Origin: Mobula hypostoma
Taxonomy: Eukaryota
Direction: 5' to 3'
DNA: 64,000 nucleotides
Assembly: GCF_963921235.1 (NCBI RefSeq)
Contig: NC_086106.1
Span: 25,048,001-25,112,000 of the forward strand
Shown: positions 27,401 through 39,832 of the stretch, piece by piece
How the letters are laid out: each line of letters opens with the position of its first letter
Position numbering within the stretch: the first letter of the stretch is position 1
Notes under the pieces: model-generated
The model's input: the letters and a program-made list of their open reading frames with translations, nothing else
Databases searched by the model: none
What the model was told of the DNA's origin: nothing
Made by a program: the position numbers and the translations under genes

Positions 27401-28330
27401 TTTTCCAGCGGATCAAGAGTAAAATAGTATCAACTGAATATTTCACACACTAGTTATACATTGCATTTCCGTTCCTTGGACCATCCCTAGTTTGGAGTGT
27501 TAAACCTTTTAACCAGCACAGGGTTGGGAACCAGATTACCTTCAGTAATGATCATCAATCACTTATGTCTATTCTAGATCCAGATAAGCATGTTTCACTG
27601 TGGGTAACGGTACAACTACAGAGACAAACGGCTGAGACAAACTGAAAACTTCTCAAACAAGGAGAACAAAGTTTCAGTTTGAGGCAAATAGTTCTGGCGA
27701 GGAAATATGTTGGTGATCAAAAGCGAGTGCTTGAAAAGTTTAAGGACAGAACTGGATCACTGCCCTGGACAGTAGAGATTATGTTCTATATCCTCCGGAG
27801 ACAACACATTGAACAGTTGGGGAAATTAGAATCAATCGATGAGAAGAAAGAACTCCAGAGAAGTCAGAAAAGCCTTCTTGATTCCCAGACTCAATTCCTG
27901 CTACCCCAAAGTTGGCAGCCTCCAGTCTGATATTGGTTTATTGCAACAAATTTCACCTGTCAGGTAGAATTATACTCCCACTGCCCTTGACAAGAAAGAA
28001 GATATCCCACAGGTAAAAGAGAATTATCCAGAGACAGTGAACCTACGAGTCTGAATGAGGCAATTCAAACTTCACGGTACTGTGGATGTTAATAGTTTAA
28101 ATATATTGTTTGATAAAGCATTATTTGGATGGTGACATAACTCATTACATGTTTCATAAACTTAAGTGCATGAGCGGCAAAAGTCATTACGCCGCGTCAT
28201 GAAAAAATAACGCTAAGTAGAAACGCTTTCTATGCTCCCGTCTGTTTCCTTAGATTATTTTGACTAAATAACAGTGAAGTCGGATGTGAAACACCGAGTG
28301 GTCCTTGAAGCCAGATGGTTCCTTGAAGCC

Positions 28331-29570
28331 AGATGGACTATTACTCTTCTCACCCTGTCTCTTGCAAAAACACCATCCCCTTCCCGCAATTCCTCCGTCT
28401 CCGCCGCATCTGCTCTCAGGATGAGGCTTTTCATTCTAGGACGAGGGAGATGTCTTCCTTTTTTAAAGAAAGGGGCTTCCCTTCCTCCACTATCAACTCT
28501 GCTCTTAAACGTATCTCCCCCATTTCACGTACACATGCTCTCACTCCATCCTCTCGCCACCCCACTAGGAATAGGGTTCCCCTGGTCCTCACCTACCACC
28601 CCACCAGCTTCCGGATCCAACATATTATTTTCCTTAACTTCCGCCACCTCCAACGGGACCCCACCACTAAGCACATCTTTCCCTCCCCCCCCCCACCCAC
28701 CCACTGCATTCCGCAGGGATCGCTCCCTACGCAACTCCCTTGTCCATTCGCACCCCCCATCCCTCCCTACTGATTTCCCTCCTGACACTTATCCGTGTAA
28801 GCGGAACAAGTGCTGCACATGCTCTTACACTTCCTCACTTACCACCATTCAGGGCCCCAAACAGTCCTTCCAGGTGAGGCAACACTTCATCTGTGAGTCG
28901 ACTGGGGTGATATATTGCGTCCGGTGCTCCCGATGTGGCCTTTTATATATTGGCGAGACCCGACGCAGACTGGGAGACCGCTTTGCTGAACATCTACGCT
29001 CTGTCCGCCAGAGAAAGCAGGATTTCCCAGTGGCCACACATTTTAATTTCACATCCCATTCCCATTCTGACATGTCTATCCACGGCCTCCTCTACTGTAA
29101 AGATGAAGCCACACTCAGGTTGGAGGAACAACACCTTATATTCCGTCTGGGTAGCCTCCAACCTGATGGCATGAACATCGACTTCTCTAACTTCCGCTGA
29201 TGCCCCACCTCCCTCATCCCCCTCGTACCCCATCTGTTACTTATTTTCATGCGCACATTCTTTCTCTCACTCTCCTTTTTCTCCCTCTGTCCCTCTGAAA
29301 ATACCGCTTGCCCAATCTCTGGGTCCACCCTGCCCCCTTGTCTTTCTTTCCGGACCTCCTGTCCCATGATCCTCTCGTATCCCTTTTGCCTATCACCTGT
29401 CCAGCTCTTGGTTCCATCCCTTCCCCTCCTGTCTTCTCCTATTATTTTGCATCTCTCCCTCCCCCTCCAAGTCCTGTCGAAGGATCTTGGCCTGAAACGT
29501 CGACTGCACCTCTTCCTAGAGATGCTGCCTGGCCTGCTGCGGTCACCATCAAATTTTATGTGTGTTGCTG
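28331..29570 (+). mobile_element. Penelope-like element, 5'-truncated (RT C-terminus + GIY-YIG endonuclease + 3' tail)
   Basis: SHPVSCKNTIPF.QFLRLRRICS; GVIYCVRCSRCGLLYIGETRRRLGDRFAEH. Confidence 0.9.
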
Positions 29571-29574
29571 GTGT

Positions 29575-30250
29575 TATGAACGCCGTCTTCCACTCATCTT
29601 CATAGCGGTCTATAGAACCAATTTGGGAGTGTTTTAATGCACTATCCATTGAGTGGAGATTTTGGCATTCTATATATTTATTTTGTAAAGTCTACAGTAG
29701 TGAATGCATGGATGAACACCACAATTTATTCTCTTTTCTTACACATAAGGACTCTACACTGGGGCTGAGGACTGGGATTTTTGAATGGGGGCATTCCGTA
29801 ACGCAGGAGATATACTCATTCAAGGCTCTGGCCTCAGGATGAGCGAAGTATAACAGACTAATCGGGCAGGGGAGATTCCCAGGAGTTATGGACCTCCTGC
29901 TGCTGTCAGGCAGCAGAATGCAGGTTTCCATTTTACTAAAGACAATGGCGAAGTAAGTGTATTCCTGTGGGAATTTGGTAAGGTCGTGATATTTACCGGG
30001 TGAAGTCAATTGAAGTTGCAGGGAGATGACATCCCCAGCTCATCAGTGAGCCTGATGACTCGGCGAAATGAGGGTGGTAACTCAATACGATATGAGTTTT
30101 GGGTGAGTCGGTAAGTACGAATTTGTGGACACGACCTATTTATTCTCCGATGTTCAATTTAACAGGTCCTCTGGGCGTTCTGACCATCTTAATCCCAATG
30201 GGAAGTCCATCACGTTCCGTTTATGCAGAGGTGCTAGAGATCAGCTGGAT
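29575..30250 (-). mobile_element. Gypsy RT N-terminal remnant
   Basis: EDEWKTAFITP and LLP....PGNL......PEARALNEYI motifs on the minus strand. Confidence 0.55.
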
Positions 30251-30599
30251 GGGGTCGGACTTGCACACAGAGAGCCATTTCCAGAAGGTTGCATCCTGCA
30301 CTGAGAAGATTATGGACTTCTATCCACGTATGGCGGTCGAGGCGTGGAGGAAGACAGCGTGAGAGAATAAGGCTTTGTTACAGGAAGGACCAAGAAGGAA
30401 TTCGTCTCCACCTGCTTGTGCCGTTTCTTGGGCGAAGTGGAAAAAGGATGTGTGGGTGATCGGAAGCTGTGTAGTAAGGGCAAATTATGTTACTGCACTA
30501 GTCCTTCATACTGTTGGGGCTGGGAGCTGTAAGCGTCTGGGCAATAAGTGTCTCCTGCTACCAGCGTTGGTTCTGTGCGCCTTGATGATTAGGATCCTG

Positions 30600-32150
30600 C
30601 AGCCTGAACTATTTCTGGGAACGAAATAAGCTTCCTGGATGTTATTTTAGGGGGTCGTCCCATCAGCAAGTTGTGAATTATGATGGCCAGAAGGTTAGAA
30701 GTATTTGTGTTCGTTGGGCCTCTCACCGGTGTACAACCCGCACAGGCGCCCTGATATACTCTGATGCTAATAGGCGAATAGCGCTTTCAAAATCCAGTCC
30801 TGAAATTGACGATGTTAACGAGAACCGAGCATGAAACACAAAAGGCGAAGTATCTGATATGCTAATCACTATCCACTTCCTTGATGGTCGAATAGCGGAA
30901 GCAACTAAACAACGTATTAGTAGTAATTATTACAAATAACGGTTTTATTTTCCCAAATCAAGGTGGCCCCGACAGAGACCCAATTTAGGAGAGAGATTAG
31001 GAGGGTTATCTTGGCTCTGTACATGGAATATAGAGATAGCAGGAGCTCGAAGTGTAAGATACCACTAGTACAGGAAGTTGAAACATCTTGTTGCAGATCT
31101 GTTGAAGCGTTCGTGTACTGCAATGTTGGACTCAGAGCTAGGAGGTAAAATGGCGTGCTATTGCTTGTGCGTTATGAAAGGTTGTTTGAAATTGGCAAGC
31201 GGGTGATCAATACATTCCTGCTGCTATGGGATCGTGTGCTTCTGTCGACAGTTGATTTCCTTTGGAAGACCATATTTTGTTGGGTCAATAACTGGGTCAC
31301 CCATCCTGTAAGAAATGTAGAACAGGCTTCACCTAAAAAACCAGAGCAGCGGATCCGACTTACAAATAAACGCGCACGCCAATCTGAAGTTAACACATCC
31401 AAATATTCAACTGACGATGGATGTGGAGAAGAATTGTTGACTCCCCATCGTGGACATTCTAATAAAACTGACACCGGATGCTAGTGTTGGATGCCAGATA
31501 ACACGGATTTATACATCAAAATAATGGTCGCCATCACGCCTCACAATGTAGAGCGGTGTTTTCAATGTGGATTAACCATGGGGAGGCTATTTCGGAGCAG
31601 GAGACAATTGAGCACGACTTTTCTACAGAATGGTTACCATGGGAATGAAATTTATCGGGGCCTTAAAAAGGAAGACGGGAAAAAAAAAGAAAGAAAAAAA
31701 AACGGGGCACCTCAGATCGCGGAAGAAGCTACCACCTGTCTTCCCTATTTCGCCGTTGGTTATGAAAAGTCTCCAGGATCCCGAAGAAGTGACGGATAAA
31801 TGCCTCCCACAAACAGGAAAGGGAGCTCACATTGCAGGTTTTGTGGTTCAATGATGACCCGGGACTCCGTGCGGCTAGATTCCCTATTGCATATAAAGCA
31901 GCGAGTTTTGCCCAGACGGAACAAGCCGTGGAAACTCGAAGTGGGCAGAGGAGCTGTGTAGCTGTGTGCACTTGGTTTACTTGGAGAAGTGTACGGCCGC
32001 AGAAGATGGCATAGGCAATCCCTACACGAGTGCAGTCGACGACGCAAAGCTACTGTCCTGCGCCAATGGCTTTTGGACTAGCTGGTAAAGAAAACGTTGA
32101 AATAAGACCAGAGAATTAGAAGGTCATCAAAGAGAAAGTTGAGACTATAA
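30600..32150 (+). mobile_element. Old Penelope remnant of a second family
   Basis: FLQNGY....I, CLPYF and a degenerate GIY-YIG region (FPIAYKAASFAQTEQAVETR). Confidence 0.5.
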
Positions 32151-33199
32151 GTTAGAACTGGAAAAGAAGTTTACACACAATAGGAAAAAGGAAACGTATT
32201 CGTTCAGGACTAGCCAATCAAGAAGGACTGGCCATGGGAATTGAGTATGTATGTCCCTGGACTTGACATGTCTACACTTATTCCTCCTGCAAATGACAGA
32301 GTTTGGCACCGAAGCGTATATTATGATCGACACTTTGACAGTTGGAACCGGCAGTAAGTCGAGGGGAGTATATGTTGCATCAAGTATCGCACATACTCTT
32401 ATGTGGAATTTCTACATACCGATTAAGAAAGCTTTCCTGACCACATTTTACAAGCACCACCTCATCGAGTCCTTTTACCGTATGGGAGTTCCAGACAATA
32501 TGTGGGAAGTTATTATCACCTATTTAACAACCCTGTGTTTCTTGCATTACTCTGCGACGTCTCTACAAATTTCTTCCTTTCAGACCCCGATTACTGAGTG
32601 ATCTGTAATATAGACCGATTGATGTGGACATGTCTTTCGCAATTCCCAGCCCATCCATAACGCCTCACTTATTTGAGTTATTTACGTTGTACTGATTGGG
32701 CATTGTCACGAATTTTCACTAACTCGTAACACAATCGTTTCTCATTTGTATCCTGCTCCTCTCTCGCGTCCTAAGCAAAGGAACCGCGGAATAATGAGTT
32801 GTTATTCCTATCAATTCTGCAAGCAAGTCTCACCACTGTCTACAATACATAATTTCCTGCTTCCATCTATGCCCTGAGCTGAACTGATTTTGTGAAGATT
32901 CCTCTAGTAGTGAAATAAACGCAAGTCAGGACATCCAGCAAAACATTCTCAAAGTTTTGATTGCTGATATTGTCTGAAATGTTAACAACGTCTGTCTTTC
33001 TACTATCTGCTGTTACACTCTACGGCCCAACACTACCAAATCTTCAGAATAGGACATTGTCCCTCCTTTAATTTAATTGTAATCGTCTGTTCTGTAGAGA
33101 ACGCACTTTCCCTGGAAGACAGCTGAATAATCCAAAAATCTCACGTGCTCCCTCATAGACCAACTCTTTATTAACTGTATCATTTACCAACTTCTGGCC

Positions 33200-36100
33200 T
33201 CACGAGGGCGTGGCACAGGGAACAGTGCTGAGATCACAGCTCTGGAGATCCTATCCTCCAGCGTAGATTCCAAATCATTCAGATCACTGCAGAACCTGGT
33301 CAGTCTTACCATTAATGTCACTGCTACTTACGTGGGCCACGACATCTGGTTGTTCGAACACCCATCTAAAATTCTGAAAACTCGATTCGGGAGGTCCTGG
33401 ACACTGGCACTGTGGATCAACAGTTCCGTGCGAGCAGCACTTACTGGGCAACTCAAAGCTTGTGTTGCCCGTATTCAGCAGCAGTACAAGATACGCAGCC
33501 ATGATCCGCGAAACATAAATATGGCAGCAAAACAACACTACAGGAACAACATCGAGCCACAACTTTTACCAACTACCACCTCAACTTACGACAAGGTCTG
33601 TACACCATCGCAGACTCAGAGCTAAAGGCAGTGGATTTTCCAACATCGCTGCCTCTCTCCCAGACGAGCTAAATCTTTGTACGCTTGATGCCCTGTTGCC
33701 AATACTGAGCCCCTGAGGAGACCTGCAAATGATGTGACCGGCAGCCTGGTTATTTATGAGGCTGAAATGCGCAGGTGTTTCCAACGAGTGGACATTCACC
33801 AGACTGTGGGACCGGACGGCATCCCAGGGCGGGTACTCATGAAGTGCGCGGCACCACAGGCAGATTGGGTAACAGACATTCATCATCTATCCGTCTTCCA
33901 ACGTAGAGTGCCATCCTGCATCAAAACATCGGTCATCGGTTATTGCTCCTGTTTCTAAAATGACCAAGGTAACATGTCCGGACGCCTGACGTACTGTTGG
34001 ACTCTCCTCGGTAACAAGCAAATGCTTTGAGTGGCAGTTAGGGACTATATCTGAGGCATGCTACAACCATACTGAACCCCCTACAATTCAGCTGTCAACA
34101 TAACCGTACAGTAGATGACTCAATAGCCCCATTAATGCATGCCTCTTCGTTGGTTATGTGCCGTAACTATGCCTGTCTCTTCGTTGGTTATCTGGAACAG
34201 TCTATGCTCCAAACCTATACTGATATTGTTCCCCAACTTTTCCTTCTCTGCATTGACGACTACATTGGTGCTGCTTCCTGCACAAGTGCAGAGTTCGTCA
34301 ATTTTATCGACATTACTTCAAACTTCCACCCAGCCCTTTAAATCACTTTGCCCATCTCGGACACTTCTCTCCCCTTTCTTGATCACGCGGTCTCCATCTC
34401 TGGAGACAGACTATCCACTGAAACCTTCTATAAGCCCACTGATTCTCATAACTACCGAGACTATACTTCTTCCCACCTAGCCACATCCAAAAATGCTATT
34501 CCCTTTTTCCAGTCTCAGCTGCATCTGCTCCCAAGATGAGGCTTTCCGTTCCAGGACATCTCAAATATCGTCTTTCTGAAGGGGCTTGGTTTCCCTTCTG
34601 CCGTCATCTCTGATGCCCTCAGCCGCATCTCCTCCTTTCCCGCACTTCGGCCCTCACCCCATCCTCCCGTCACCACAACAGGAACAGAATTCCCCTTGCC
34701 CTCACCTACCACCCTACCAGCATCCGGATCCAACAGATTACTCTCCGCAACTTCAGCTACCTTTAACAAGTCACCACCAATATGCACATTTTTCCTCTGC
34801 AGCCCTATCCGCCTTCTGCAGTGATCGTTAGATCCGCCACACCCTGGTCCACACGCCCCTTCCCACGGATCTCCCGCCCGGGACTTATCCCTGTAAGCAT
34901 AAGTGCTACACCTATCCCTACACCTCTCTTGTCACCATTCAGGGCCCCAACCAGTCCTTCCAGGTGAAACAACACCTCGCTTGTGAGTCTGTTGGGGTTA
35001 CCTTTTGCATCGCTGCTCCAGGTGCGGCATCCTCTACATCAGTGAAACCCGAGGCAGATTGGGGGACCGCTTCCTCGAGCACATCCGCTCCGTCTGCCAC
35101 AACAGACAGGATCGCCCGGTTGCCACCCACATCATGTCTGCTTCGCATTCCCATTCGGATATGTGCATGCATGGCCTCCTATACTGCCATGATGAGACTA
35201 AACTCATAATGGAGGAGCAACACCAAATATACCGTCTGGGTAGTCTACAGCCTCTTGGTATGCAAATTGAGTTCTCCAGCTTCCGGTAATTCCCTTCTCC
35301 CTCTTCACCCATCCCAGTTTTACTCTGCCCCCTCCCCCAGCTGCCTATTACCTCCCTTAGGGTTCCGCCTCCTTCTACTACCCGTTCTGTTTTCCCCTAT
35401 TTCTTCTTCACCTTTTCTGTCTATCCCTCCCTGCTTCCCCTTCCATACCCCTTTATCTTTTCAATTTCTGTTTTTTATTTTTCACCTGGCTCCTAGCAGC
35501 CTCTCCTTCCCATACTCCCCCAACCTTCTCTATAGAGCCTCTGCCCCTTCCCTCTTCAGTCCTGATGAATGCTTCCGGCCCAAAACGTTGACTGATCATT
35601 TCTCCTCCAGCGTGTGTGTGTATTTTGTGTGTGTACCTCTGTTGCTTATGTATTAATGTTGTTCTTGGATTACCGTTCATCATTCAAAACTGTAATTCCC
35701 TCCAGGCTCAAGAAGAAGTTCAGAGACATCGGTCTTCACTCTGACTTCTGTAGCTGGATCCTGGACTTTCTGTCAGTTCGCCACAGGTGGTAAGAAAGGG
35801 CCCCCTCACCACTGCCCCTCTGACTCTGAACACATGCGGCCCAGATCTGTGTACAAAGCCTCCTCCTTTACTCTTCGATTACCAGTTACTGTATCCCTAC
35901 ACAGATCTCCAATCTGGTAATTAAATTTGCTGAGAACAGTACATGATTGACCTAAACTCAACCAATAATGAGGGAGACTAGAAAAAAGACTTCACTACCC
36001 TGCCAGAGTGGTATCAAGAAAACAACTTCTCTCCTAATGTCGCCGAACAAAAAAAAACAAAGAAACAAACAAAGAAGCTGGTTGCTGACTACAGACAGAA

Positions 36101-36290
36101 TGGAGACAGGCTAACCACGATTGATATCAATGGATCTTTCAACCTCAAGTTCTTCGGCATACAAATCACTGAGGATGTGACTTGGTCGGTACATACCGGT
36201 TGTGTGGTAAAAAAGACAAAAAAAAAACGCCTCTTTCACCTCAGAAGGTTGAAGAAGTTTGGTATTGAAGTCCAAATACGAAGAACGCTC
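33200..36290 (+). mobile_element. Rex1/Babar LINE remnant split by a Penelope insertion
   Basis: GPDGIPGRVL motif at ~33810; the 3' part resumes at ~35680 (KKRLFHLRRLKKF). Confidence 0.7.
34135..35680 (+). mobile_element. Penelope element (RT YIDD-like region, GIY-YIG, tail), degenerate
   Basis: YACLFVGYLEQ..CIDDYIG; CSRCGILYISETRGRLGDRFLEH. Confidence 0.85.
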
Positions 36291-38398
36291 TTCGTACATG
36301 CAAATATTACGGTCTCGATTATGATTCCGTCCAGACACGCCGAATGTTTACTTCTTCCCATACATATTGCGTGGTCGCTGAGTTAGTACTGCATTTTTTG
36401 TGTATTGCAATCAAATTTTCTGCCTGGCATATGCTGAGCAAATATAAAGAATGAAAGAAAATAACAATAAACAAACTACGGGGAACAATGCCTGCTACAT
36501 TTCGCATTCTCTTAACCACGCCTAATCTCGCTGTAACATCGAGGAAGCAAGTCCTCAAGTTCACTTTGCAACAGTGTCCACTCCACCGACTACAGCACCG
36601 CTTTCCCCTATCTTTTTCGAATATTTTCGTGTTGATCAGCCCATATCAGTTTTCAAGACACGAAAATGCCCCGAATTGGTGGTTTATACATTCGAATCGG
36701 CGAACGCCAGAGACCTCTGTCTTATCATCTTTGCGATCTCCAATTGGCAGCAGTTTGAAACACCAAACCACCGCGAGTAGATGCTTTATTTTCTCAATCG
36801 GCGACCCTGTCGGAGCTATGTTTTCTCACGATTTGCATCTCCGATAAGCTCTGGTTAAAAGATCAAACAGCCGCCAGTTGATGCCGTGTGTACTCAATAG
36901 GCAAACTTGAGAAAGCTCCGTCCCAACACGGTTCGGATCTCCGACTGCCGGCAATTCAAATACATATTTCATTAATTTCCATTGCCAACAGTTCACATAC
37001 GGGATTGTTCATCGCACATCGTAGCCTGAGATTTCACTTACATCATTTTCAATTTATTTATTTCTGTATACATTTAATCAATCATTCATTAATTCATTTG
37101 TTGATTAAGTAACTGCATAATTAAATTATTTATTGTTTGTCTATTTATTTGCTAAAATTTCAGTACAGTTGGTGGCTTGATATTCAAGATTATGAAAGGC
37201 AAATCGGTAACTGTGGACGTATAAGGAAATTAAAGCTCCAGAGACTATTTTTGCTGAGATCACACCGAACCCGAGTGTAATCAGAAAACCTAGACAAATC
37301 CACGTTCAATACTAAAACAGTGCATTCGTCTTCCTATTCGACTGTGGCACTCTGTATTTCCACTCTCCCCTCAACAATGAGCTTTTTCCAACCTCACCAG
37401 CATTAAATACATTTTTTTTTTGTAGCTCTGCAGAGCAGTATCTCACAGTCCATGTAATTTGTTGCATTTGCCTTGCGGATGCGCTGAGCTTCTCTTTGTT
37501 TTCTTCTGGCATCTTTAACCCCAGGTTCATTCAGGTAGAACAGAGGAAATAGTGCAGTACACTATAACATTGAGCCTTCGGAATACGGTGCAGTGGAGAC
37601 CGATATAAATCAATTCATGATCCCTCTAACATTTCGCCACACCCTGCACTTAACTTTGCCCTCCATTTGTCCTATATCGATATGGAAGCTATTCTCTCTA
37701 ATATCAGTTTATCAGCCTCTAACTGCAGCAGTTGCTGCGGAGTCTGGAATTTTACAGGAGGATTGCATTGGAATTCTCCAGGAATGATAATAATAATAAT
37801 AATAACATATCAATAATAATACTATGTAACCATTGACGTCTCACTAAAACTGTCTTCCACTCAACTTACTGCAAACCAGCTGTCTCTTGCGCTGTCTTTT
37901 GCGGCAGTGGATATCAACTTCATTTTATCCAAAACAGACTTCCAGATTTTCAAAACCCCTGGTCACAAACGACAAGATTGACATCGAATGTGAATAGAAG
38001 GGATGGAAGGGTTGCTGTTTTAATCCTTTGGTCAAGCACACTCAAATTGAAACTGATTGGTGGGAGATTTCCTCTCATCTATACTTTCTGCGGAAGAAAA
38101 GTAGCCATGAGGGATTGGTGCATCGAAAGGTTGAATGTGCCATCACACTCTTCTTAGGCTGAGGGAGAGCTTGTCAGCCCATCCGGCGAACATGCCGTCA
38201 AGATCAGAGGATAGACTTATTTCCGTCACAAAATATAAGAACTGAAAAATACTTGAAAACTCGGGGCACTGGTTGCAACATCAAGAAAGAACAAATAAAC
38301 ATTTTTTTCTCTCTCTTTGAAGAAAAGTGTCTGTATCAAGGCAAATGATTCAGACTCATCAATTTATAGGCCATCTCCGTCACACAGGTTGAACAATA

Positions 38399-38421
38399 GG
38401 AAGTCTTGGGCGGGGCTTCCT
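38399..38421 (+). promoter_or_regulatory. Candidate NAR-TCR V promoter module: ETS - GC box - inverted ETS
   Basis: GGAAGT-ctt-GGGCGGGG-CTTCCT, ~160-180 bp upstream of the ATG; conserved in copy B as GGAAGT-cat-GGGTGGGG-CTTCCT. Function is inferred. Confidence 0.45.
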
Positions 38422-38580
38422 CTCTCGGTTCAAATACACGAAACAGATTCAAAACCAACAGCTGTCCCTCAATAACCTGCTGTTAACAGTTTACTGTCCA
38501 TCTTTGCAGTACATTCTACCATAACTCCGCAGGCCGTGAGCTTCATCTCCTCGACACTTCAGCAATATTCCTTGTTGACG

Positions 38581-38623
38581 ATGGGAGTCTTCTTTGTTTT
38601 CACACTCTGGCTCTGCTTACGGC
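38581..38623 (+). CDS. NAR-TCR V leader exon, cassette A (MGVFFVFTLWLCLR, phase 1)
   Basis: ATG, hydrophobic core and C|GTGAGT donor; splices in frame to the acceptor at 38758. Identical in copy B. Confidence 0.93.
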
Positions 38624-38758
38624 GTGAGTACCTTCACACATCCACATTACATTTACGTTAAATCTGTCTGAGACCTCAGAGCTTCAACCGGCTTAAATTA
38701 TTCATGTGGTTCGTCTATGACTGCAATTCACATTTCTCCATATTTTTTTTATTCTTAG

Positions 38759-39052
38759 GTTCTTTGAGTCAGTCGGTGACTCAGAGCCCGTCCATTGTAA
38801 ACTTGAATGAGTGTCAGACTGCCACCATCACCTGCAGTTTCAAGCCTGGTTCGTTTGGTGAATATCGCTTTCTCACTGGAAAGTTCTTCAGGCAGACCAA
38901 CTCAGCGGCCGAACGCAAAGAAGTCACCCGCGGGGGGAGATTTTTTACTTTGATTAAGAAAACTAACATGCAGTTTTCTTTGGAAATTCGGGACCTGCGA
39001 GTGGAAGACAGCGGCACCTATTACTGTCAAGCTGTGTACAGATGGCGTGAAG
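38759..39052 (+). CDS. NTCRV: NAR-TCR V exon (IgNAR-like V), cassette A
   Basis: QSVTQSP..TITC..FFRQ..GGRF..FSLEIRDLRVEDSGTYYCQA. VNAR-like hallmarks: short FR2-CDR2 (47 residues from the Trp position to Cys2), GGR and DLRVEDSGTY. Extra FR1 Cys at 38812-38814; open frame; ends at an RSS. Confidence 0.95.
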
Positions 39053-39090
39053 CACAATGATGGGCTTCGGCTTTGTGCTGTACAAAAACT
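39053..39090 (+). other. V RSS (CACAATG - 22 bp - ACAAAAACT)
   Basis: Counted directly; functions as a 23-type RSS. Confidence 0.95.
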
Positions 39091-39412
39091 TTCGCTGTAG
39101 CTTATTCCTGATTCAGACGGAGAAGAATGGATCTGTGGGTAAGCTCATCTTCCTGTCTCGCTGTGGATAGTCCTGCAGTCCAGCAAACTGTTAGTAGTTG
39201 TATTTTTTTCTGTAGAGTCTTTCTGTTCCCACCTCGCGTGTGAGCAGATATTGTTGCCTACCTGAGGTATGTGTCAATAAATGTCGACAGATGTTGAAAA
39301 ATACACATTCTTGACGCCGACGGGAGACAGAATCATTCCTGAACACTTGGAACCAGTAAACGCCAGCGCTGCGAAATTAATTCCTGCTCGACTGTGTCAT
39401 TGACTCGCCAGT

Positions 39413-39483
39413 AGATTTCAAATTCACGTAAGGTACTGTGTACAGTTGGAACGAACACAGTGGAAGAGATCTGAACAAAAATA
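39413..39483 (+). CDS. NTCRD: NAR-TCR D segment A (coding 39441-39455, TACAGTTGGAACGAA) with 12/12 RSS
   Basis: 5' AGATTTCAA-12-TACTGTG (weak nonamer); 3' CACAGTG-12-ACAAAAATA. Confidence 0.88.
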
Positions 39484-39832
39484 GAAAATAATAAACATAT
39501 AAATAACTCATTGTTTAAACGAGTTATTCTCCATATCGCATACAAAAAAATACAAACCTAGCGTTGTTCACGTTCTAATCTGTTTAGATTATTTTTAATT
39601 TCCATATTGCATATGCATTTTTGATTGACACGTATGCTGTGTGTCTTTTTTCCTTCTCGGAATCGGTGTGCCGTGCGTGTTCCTATTTTATTTTAATTTG
39701 GTTTTGCTTTCTCACAAAGAACATATCGACCTGCCGGCAAATGGGGAGTATTCTTGCTATGTGTTGCATTAACAACTATGGAAACATTGGGAATCCTATT
39801 GTAGCGTTACCTAAGCAGATTCACGTGAGTGT

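Noticed and set aside
28302-28336. 17-bp direct repeat TCCTTGAAGCCAGATGG at the Penelope 5' junction
   Set aside because: Typical small duplication at a retroelement truncation site; no further significance evident.
28274-29200. 308-aa ORF as a host gene
   Set aside because: A frame-fused Penelope RT C-terminus and GIY-YIG sequence.
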